Assembly: GCA_045535665.1 (NCBI GenBank)
Contig: JAZSMD010000001.1
Span: 24,240-88,239 of the forward strand
Reading direction: 5' to 3'
Source of the DNA: Eubacteriales bacterium
GTDB taxonomy: Bacteria; Bacillota; Clostridia; Oscillospirales; UBA644
Length of the DNA stretch: 64,000 nt
Shown: piece by piece, positions 57,803-64,000 of the stretch
Position numbering within the stretch: the first letter of the stretch is position 1
Layout: every line of letters begins with the position of its first letter
The notes under the pieces: model-generated
What the model saw: the letters and a program-made list of their open reading frames with translations, nothing else
Database searches by the model: none
What the model was told of the DNA's origin: nothing
Position numbers and translations under genes: made by a program

Positions 57803-59023
57803 TTACTGTTTCGGGTCTTTTGTGAACTGTCTGGGTGTTACGTTTTCATTCATGGCTTTCAATGTGTAGCCCTTTTTTATGAGACCTTCAATGATGTCGG
57901 GCAGAGCTTCAACTGTTGTTCGTTTGTATCTGTATCCGAGATCGTGCATGAGTATTATTGCTGAATTTGATGTTGCACCGTTAAGTACATTTTTTATCAA
58001 AGTCTCTTTGGGAACATTGTGAGCCGTTGCGTCACCGCTGTCAACGTTCCAGTCGTAATATTCATAGCCAAGCTCATGGATAAGCGTATGAGGCGCTGTT
58101 CCAAGCTTATTATATGTGGTGTTTGAACCTCCGGGGAAGCGGAATATTTTCATCTCATAACCTGTTATTTCCTTAATGCTGTTATGGATATCCATTACTT
58201 CTTTTTTGAAGATGTCGATATTGGTGTATACATTTGAGCCTTTTTCGAAACTATGAGTGTTCGTATGATTTCCAAGGGTATGTCCCTCGTCAATTATACG
58301 TTTATAGATATCCTTGTATCCACTGACTTTTTTATAGGCAAAGTTTACAAAAAACGTGGCTTTCACATTGTATTTTTTCAAAATATCGAGAATATCGTTT
58401 GTTGCGTCGGAAATTCCGTCGTCAAAAGTGAGGTATGCAACTTTTTCCGTTGTCGTAGAGCTTCCCTGTGAAGAACCGCTGTTTCCTGAGCTTCCGCTGT
58501 TTCCGGAATTGCCGTTATTATCTGAACTGCTTGACTGGGATTTCAGACTGTTTATCTGCGATTCCAATTTTGATATTGTACTGTTCAAAGTCTTTATTTT
58601 AGCTTCAAGGTCAGATATCTTGTCGTTCTTTTCTTCAAGCTGTTTTTCGAGGTCTTCAATGTTCGTACTGCTTCCGTTTATCGTTTCCTGAAGAGTGATG
58701 ACCTCTTGGCTTAATCTGAGATTTTCTTCTGCCAAAGAATCTCTGTCGCTGGAAAGCTTGTCTTTTTCCTCTGAAAGTATTGTGTATTGGAACGAAAGAG
58801 TTTCGGAAGTCTCACGCAGTTTTTCCATTTCGTCCTGAGATAACTTTACTTTTTCGGAAAGATCGTTGATATTATTATTCATATTAAAAAGAGCTATCCC
58901 AGAGAAAACACAAGCCGCCAACAATACTATTCCGCATATGACGGAAACAGTAAGTCCTGTTTTCATGGCTTTGTATTTTTTTCTTTTTGAAACTCTTTTT
59001 TCTTCAATTTCTTCGTGGTTCAT
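57803..59023 (-). CDS. membrane-anchored polysaccharide deacetylase (CE4/NodB) with coiled coil and Ser/Gly/Asn linker
   Basis: 406 aa. TM, a coiled coil of about 110 aa, the linker SSSSDNNGNSGNSGSSGNSGSSQGSS, then the NodB domain (LTFDDG, GNHTNTH). Confidence 0.85.
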   Translation of the reverse strand: MNHEEIEEKRVSKRKKYKAMKTGLTVSVICGIVLLAACVFSGIALFNMNNNINDLSEKVKLSQDEMEKLRETSETLSFQYTILSEEKDKLSSDRDSLAEENLRLSQEVITLQETINGSSTNIEDLEKQLEEKNDKISDLEAKIKTLNSTISKLESQINSLKSQSSSSDNNGNSGNSGSSGNSGSSQGSSTTTEKVAYLTFDDGISDATNDILDILKKYNVKATFFVNFAYKKVSGYKDIYKRIIDEGHTLGNHTNTHSFEKGSNVYTNIDIFKKEVMDIHNSIKEITGYEMKIFRFPGGSNTTYNKLGTAPHTLIHELGYEYYDWNVDSGDATAHNVPKETLIKNVLNGATSNSAIILMHDLGYRYKRTTVEALPDIIEGLIKKGYTLKAMNENVTPRQFTKDPKQ

Positions 59024-59026
59024 AGC

Positions 59027-60469
59027 TTAATATGCTTTACCCCAGTAAACCATGTGTTTAGCAGGTTTTCCGCAGATGGGACAAACGTCACCGAGATTTT
59101 CCTGTTCAAAGGGAATACAACGTGAGCCTACACCATATGTGTCTTTCACTGCCTTTTCACATTCTTCGTCACCGCACCACATCATCTTAACGAAACCTTG
59201 TTTTGTTGAAGTAACTTCTTTGAGCTCGTCGAGGTTGTGTACTTCATATGTCATGGAGTCTCGTCTTTCTCTTGCTTTTTCAAGCATATCGACCTGGATC
59301 TGTGCGAGGATTTCTTTTACTGTTTCTGAGATGTTTTCGAGAGGATATGATTTCTTTTCGCCATTGTCTCTTCTTACGAGCATGCAACAGCCGTTTTCAA
59401 TATCTCTGGGTCCGATTTCAAGACGGAGGGGAACACCCTTCATTTCATACTGGGAGTATTTCCAGCCGGGTGACTGATCGCTGTCGTCAAGGTCAACTCT
59501 GATTCCTGCTTTTGCAAGTTCAGCTTTCAATTCGTTAGCCTTGTCCAAAACGCCTGCTTTGTGCATTGCAACGGGGATGATAACCATTTCCGTGGGAGCG
59601 ATTGCAGGGGGGAGAATAAGACCGTTGTCGTCACCGTGTGTCATGATAACTGCACCGATAAGTCTTGTTGTTACACCCCAGGATGTCTGGTAAACATATT
59701 TAAGAGTGTTGTCCTTGTCTGCAAACTGGATTCCGAAAGCCTTTGCAAAGCCGTCTCCAAAATAGTGGGATGTACCTGCCTGAAGAGCAACGCCGTCGTG
59801 CATGAGTGCTTCGATACAATAAGTAGCTTCAGCACCTGCGAATTTATCGCTTTCTGTTTTTCTGCCCTTAACTACGGGGATGGCAAGATATTTTTCACAG
59901 AATTCAGCGTAAACGTTAAGCATTCTTTCTGTTTCTTCTATTGCCTCCTGAGCTGTAGCATGAGCTGTATGTCCTTCCTGCCAGAGGAATTCTCTTGAAC
60001 GGAGGAAAGGTCTTGTTGTTTTTTCCCAACGTACAACGCTGCACCACTGGTTGCAGAGCTTGGGAAGGTCTCTGTATGACTGTACTACATGGGAGTAGTA
60101 TTCGCAGAAGAGTGTTTCGGATGTGGGACGAACACAAAGTCTTTCTGCCAAAGGTTCGCTTCCGCCGTGAGTTACCCATGCAACTTCGGGTGCAAAGCCT
60201 TCTACATGGTCCTTTTCTTTCTGAAGAAGACTTTCGGGGATGAACATGGGCATGTATACGTTTGTGTGACCTGTTGCCTTGAACATTGCGTCAAGGTTTT
60301 TCTGAATGTTTTCCCAAATTGCGTAGCTGTAGGGTTGGAGGATTACACAGCCTTTTACAGATGAGTAATCAATAAGTTGTGTTTTGAGTACAATGTCTGT
60401 GTACCATTTGCCAAAGTCCTCTTCCATTGAGGTTATCTCTTTAACATTTTTAGATGTTTTTTCTGCCAA
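59027..60469 (-). CDS. proS: proline--tRNA ligase (short archaeal/eukaryote-like type)
   Basis: 480 aa. Class II motifs and a C-terminal Cys-rich domain ending HMVYWGKAY. Confidence 0.95.
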   Translation of the reverse strand: MAEKTSKNVKEITSMEEDFGKWYTDIVLKTQLIDYSSVKGCVILQPYSYAIWENIQKNLDAMFKATGHTNVYMPMFIPESLLQKEKDHVEGFAPEVAWVTHGGSEPLAERLCVRPTSETLFCEYYSHVVQSYRDLPKLCNQWCSVVRWEKTTRPFLRSREFLWQEGHTAHATAQEAIEETERMLNVYAEFCEKYLAIPVVKGRKTESDKFAGAEATYCIEALMHDGVALQAGTSHYFGDGFAKAFGIQFADKDNTLKYVYQTSWGVTTRLIGAVIMTHGDDNGLILPPAIAPTEMVIIPVAMHKAGVLDKANELKAELAKAGIRVDLDDSDQSPGWKYSQYEMKGVPLRLEIGPRDIENGCCMLVRRDNGEKKSYPLENISETVKEILAQIQVDMLEKARERRDSMTYEVHNLDELKEVTSTKQGFVKMMWCGDEECEKAVKDTYGVGSRCIPFEQENLGDVCPICGKPAKHMVYWGKAY

Positions 60470-60516
60470 ATTATATCATTCCTTGTTATTTAGTCGGTTT
60501 TATTACCCTATTATAT

Positions 60517-60545
60517 ATTATAATACATAATTGTTACAATGTCAA
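60517..60545 (-). promoter_or_regulatory. perfect-consensus sigma-A promoter for proS
   Basis: The minus strand reads TTGACA-17 nt-TATAAT. The leader to the proS ATG is about 40 nt. Confidence 0.7.
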
Positions 60546-60634
60546 TGAGTTAATATAATACATATTTGTTACAATATGTAGTCCTATAAAATAAAATGTT
60601 TGAATTTTTGTTGGGTTTTTGGCTGAAATACTTG

Positions 60635-60663
60635 TTGCATTAAATTCTTTTTTCTGCTATAAT
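60635..60663 (+). promoter_or_regulatory. sigma-A promoter for the GH2 gene
   Basis: TTGCAT-17 nt-TATAAT, 46 nt upstream of the ATG at 60709. Confidence 0.6.
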
Positions 60664-60708
60664 ACATATGTAAGCTTAAAACAAAATTATATTGGAGGTT
60701 TTTATCTG

Positions 60709-63700
60709 ATGAATAAGTGCCTTAAATCAGTGCTTTGCACAGGTCTTCTTATCGCTATGCTGATTTCAGTTGCGGCTTGCGGTAGCGAAGTTACCGGCCT
60801 TATTGAAACATATGAAGAGTGGAAATCCGACGCTCCTTCCCGTAATAAAGAAGCGGCTTCGGCAAACATTATTTCATATGCCGATTTTGAAACTGCTTCT
60901 GCAGCAGATATTACAAAGTCCGCTTACTACATGTCCCTTAATGGTACATGGGATTTTGCATTTACTCAGAACGCAGCAAGTGTTCCCACAGATTTCATGA
61001 AGCTTGACTTCGTATACCCCGACGAAACTACGGCGGAATCTGTTTCAAGCAAAACAGAAATTGTTTATTGGGATTCAATCAATGTTCCCGGCACATTTGA
61101 AATGCAGGGATACGGTACACCTGTGTATCAGCAGTCCGCATATGCTTGGAGCTCTGATATCAGACCCACAAATGTTCCAGCAACAGACAACCCCATAGGT
61201 CTTTACAGAAAAACAGTTACTGTTCCCGCTGATTGGGACGGCAGCGAAATATACATCAACCTTGACGGCGTTTCTTCTGCTTGTTATGTATATGTAAACG
61301 GTCAGATGGTTGGTTTCGGTCAGGACTCTTATACTACAAAGGCTTTCAGAATAACAGATTTTGTAAAAGCCGGTGAAGAAGCCCTGATTGCTGTAAAAGT
61401 ATTTAAGTATTGCTATGCATCCTGGATCGAAGCTCAGGACGTAATTAAATTCGGCGGTATCTTTAACGACGTATATCTGACAGCTGCTCCCAAAGTTGCT
61501 ATCAGAGATATCGATATCGATCCCGGTCTTGACAGCAATTACGAAAACGCTACAATGCTCGTTAACGTAGACGTAGCTTCTTACATTGATCCTCCTTCCG
61601 GTTACACACTTGACATTCAGGTTATTGACCAGAACGGAGATACATACCTCACAAACCGCAGACTTGGTTCTGAAGTTTCCTTCAAAGCTACAAAAGATAC
61701 AGGTTCTAACTATTACCTCGCTCCTGCAGGTGGCAGAGTTGCAGCAGAAGCTCCCATTAAATGGTCTGCTGAAAACCCCTATCTTTACACTGCTATCATT
61801 ACTCTTAAAGATGCTGACGGCGTTGCTGTTGATACAAAGAGTGTTCGTTTCGGTTACTGCAAAGCAGGTTATTCCGTAGACGATGAAGGTAACCAGACTT
61901 TCACAATGAACGGTAAGCCCGTTAAGCTTTACGGTGTTATTTATAACGAATTCAATGCAGCTACAGGTAGCACTGTTTCCGATGAACAGCTCGTTGCTGA
62001 CGTGAAAGCACTTAAAGCTATGAACGTAAACGCAGTTCGTTCTCCCGGTGTTCCTTTCAGTGCTGAATTTATTGAACTCTGTGATGAATACGGTCTTTAT
62101 GTCGTTTCCGATATCAACCTTGAATCTGAACCTTATTCAGTAAAAGGCGATACATCTATCCCCGGCAGCCAGACAATTTGGCAGAATATCCTTGTTGACA
62201 GACTTTACAGTGTTGTTGAAAGAAACAAGAATAATCCTTCAGTTGTTATGTGGGGTCTCGGTAACGAATCCGGTGAAGGTGACAGCTTTAAATCCCTCAG
62301 AAACGTACTTCAGGGTCTTGATGAAAGACTTATCGTTTATGATGGTGCAGAGGCATTCTCCGATCTTATTGTAGCTAACGACTGGTCTTATACAAAACTT
62401 AACGAAGTTATCAAAGATGAAAACAATAAGAAGCCTGTTCTTATCGAATCTTTCGATATTGGTCTCCTTAACGGTGGCGGTAACATCTCTTCTCTTGTAG
62501 ATCTTGTTGACTCCAACACTAAGGTTCAGGGTGGCTTCTTCAGCTTTTTCGTTGATAAAGCTCTCTACTGGCCTAAAGATTCCGCTAATGCGGCTTCAAT
62601 CCTCAAAGAAAAACCCTATGCTTCAAATTCCGGTGAATATCAGCTTACATATTCCGGAAGCTGGGGAGAGTCTTTGTCCGATTCCTACAAAGGACTTACA
62701 GGTCTTCTTTCTGCAACAAGAGTATGGCAGCCCGAAGCATATGAATTTAAAAATGCTTTCTCTCCCATCGAAGTATCTGTTGTAGATGTTAAAAACGGTA
62801 AGTTTACTGCAACAAACAAACTCAACTTCACTTCTTACGAAGAAGCTTACGAAATCGTATATGAAGTTTATAAAGAAGCTGAGCTTGTAAAATCCGGAAA
62901 GGTTTCCGATCTTTCCATTGCTCCCGGTGCTGCAGCTGACTTTACAATTGACTATGGCACTCTTGAATCTGATGTTGATTACTTTGTTGATATTAAGGTT
63001 ATGGATCTTAATACAACAAAATGGAATGATGTTACTGAAGGCGTAGTTGCTTCATGGCAGTACGACATCACAGGTCTTGAGGTTATTCCTCTCGTAGGCG
63101 GCGAAGAGACTGAATTCGGTGATGCTCTTACAGTAACTATCATTGAAAAACCCATAATTACTTCAACAGTTCTTGACGTAGCTCAGGGTTATTTCTACAT
63201 CACAAACAATTCTGCTGAAAACCTCAGCGATGTTTATGATTGTACATTTGAACTTATTGAAACCAATAATTTCTGGGAAAATCCCCGTCCTGTAGTTGTT
63301 TCTTCAGGTTCAGTTGCTCTTGATGTTCCTGCATATTCCGAAACTGTTAAACTTCAGATGGTTTATGATAACGAACAGAAAGCAGTTGACGGCGGCGATT
63401 ATCTCGTAAAACTTAAGCTCACAACAAAGAAAGCTATGGGTGATATTCCTGCAGGTTATACCCTTGTTTGGAACTTCAATGCTGAAACTCTCGGTGCTCC
63501 CATTCCTTTCGAAATCGATTACTCCAGAAGCCCTGTTCAGGATACTAACGAAGACGGTTCACCCAAGGTTGATGACAAGGGTAATCCTGTAATGATCGGT
63601 GGCGATCCCGAACCTGAAACTGTTCCCGAAGTTGATATTAACGATGAAGCTCTTGCAGGTCAGGAACCTTATGATCCTTATACTCTTATCGAAAACGGTA

Positions 63701-64000
63701 AGGTTAGAATCATGATCGATAACATTTCCGGTACTATCATTAAATTCTCTATCAATGAACAGGATATCTTTGCAAACTCCAGCTCCAACTCCAGCCCTGA
63801 ATTCGTTCTTTACAGAACACCTACAGGTGGAGACCTTCTCTCTGATGTAACATCCAAAGAGAACTCTTCAATTGTTTCTTTGAGCAGAAACAGCACAACA
63901 TACCACAGACTCGTTGATGCTATAAAAATCAACAAGATCACAGACAACCACTATCAGCTCGTTCTTGATTATGCTCTCGTAACAAATGATTACGAACTCT
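60709..64000 (+). CDS. GH2 beta-galactosidase-like lipoprotein, C-terminus beyond the window
   Basis: Frame is open from the ATG at 60709 (GGAGG RBS) to the window end, more than 1097 aa. Signal peptide with lipobox ISVAAC. LacZ-like motifs NAVRSPGVPFSAEFIELCDEYGLYVVSDINLES, NPSVVMWGLGNESG and KPVLIESFD. Confidence 0.8.
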   Translation, partial: MNKCLKSVLCTGLLIAMLISVAACGSEVTGLIETYEEWKSDAPSRNKEAASANIISYADFETASAADITKSAYYMSLNGTWDFAFTQNAASVPTDFMKLDFVYPDETTAESVSSKTEIVYWDSINVPGTFEMQGYGTPVYQQSAYAWSSDIRPTNVPATDNPIGLYRKTVTVPADWDGSEIYINLDGVSSACYVYVNGQMVGFGQDSYTTKAFRITDFVKAGEEALIAVKVFKYCYASWIEAQDVIKFGGIFNDVYLTAAPKVAIRDIDIDPGLDSNYENATMLVNVDVASYIDPPSGYTLDIQVIDQNGDTYLTNRRLGSEVSFKATKDTGSNYYLAPAGGRVAAEAPIKWSAENPYLYTAIITLKDADGVAVDTKSVRFGYCKAGYSVDDEGNQTFTMNGKPVKLYGVIYNEFNAATGSTVSDEQLVADVKALKAMNVNAVRSPGVPFSAEFIELCDEYGLYVVSDINLESEPYSVKGDTSIPGSQTIWQNILVDRLYSVVERNKNNPSVVMWGLGNESGEGDSFKSLRNVLQGLDERLIVYDGAEAFSDLIVANDWSYTKLNEVIKDENNKKPVLIESFDIGLLNGGGNISSLVDLVDSNTKVQGGFFSFFVDKALYWPKDSANAASILKEKPYASNSGEYQLTYSGSWGESLSDSYKGLTGLLSATRVWQPEAYEFKNAFSPIEVSVVDVKNGKFTATNKLNFTSYEEAYEIVYEVYKEAELVKSGKVSDLSIAPGAAADFTIDYGTLESDVDYFVDIKVMDLNTTKWNDVTEGVVASWQYDITGLEVIPLVGGEETEFGDALTVTIIEKPIITSTVLDVAQGYFYITNNSAENLSDVYDCTFELIETNNFWENPRPVVVSSGSVALDVPAYSETVKLQMVYDNEQKAVDGGDYLVKLKLTTKKAMGDIPAGYTLVWNFNAETLGAPIPFEIDYSRSPVQDTNEDGSPKVDDKGNPVMIGGDPEPETVPEVDINDEALAGQEPYDPYTLIENGKVRIMIDNISGTIIKFSINEQDIFANSSSNSSPEFVLYRTPTGGDLLSDVTSKENSSIVSLSRNSTTYHRLVDAIKINKITDNHYQLVLDYALVTNDYEL

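Overview
This 64-kb window is chromosomal DNA from a low-GC (about 40% GC by eye) Firmicutes/Clostridia-type genome. It carries about 55 densely packed CDS, most of them housekeeping genes.

Left to right, minus strand unless noted:
- An ABC ATPase / ABC-2 permease / GldG-like / DUF4340 operon.
- aspS-hisS, then mgsA.
- A cell-shape block: maf-mreBCD-PBP2-minD.
- yebC, rlmB, argS, dut, a U32 peptidase and zapA.
- An Eis-like GNAT (+) and an orphan FtsX-like permease.
- upp-rpiB-tsaB-tsaE and an AEC permease.
- A Cys-rich membrane protein, two tandem metallophosphoesterase lipoproteins and a heterodimeric ABC exporter.
- A plus-strand block: lgt-folD-citrate synthase-typA-pth-mfd-PrsA/SurA-like lipoprotein.
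- A 10.4-kb minus-strand uronate/rhamnogalacturonan-type catabolic cluster (large GH, GH105, DUF4091 lipoprotein, two tandem beta-propeller paralogs, kduI, kduD).
- A CE4 deacetylase, proS, and a partial GH2 beta-galactosidase-like lipoprotein (+).

I saw no rRNA, tRNA, CRISPR array, transposase, integrase or phage genes.

Most interesting observations:
1. The tandem beta-propeller proteins have no signal peptide and are the only plausible lyase candidates in the unsaturated-uronate cluster.
2. That cluster is bracketed by two related palindromic elements in inverted orientation.
3. A P-type-ATPase-shaped membrane protein has degenerate catalytic motifs and is translationally coupled to rlmB.
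4. A 33-nt exact direct repeat (GC-rich hairpin plus RBS) flanks a highly structured 112-nt insert between maf and mreB.
5. A 159-nt element closed by a 25-bp inverted repeat and flanked by TA looks like a MITE or a structured sRNA.
6. The MinD-family gene appears to need a CTG start, lacks the C-terminal membrane-targeting helix, and has no minC/minE nearby.

All functional calls come from reading the translated ORFs and motifs by eye. No database search was run.
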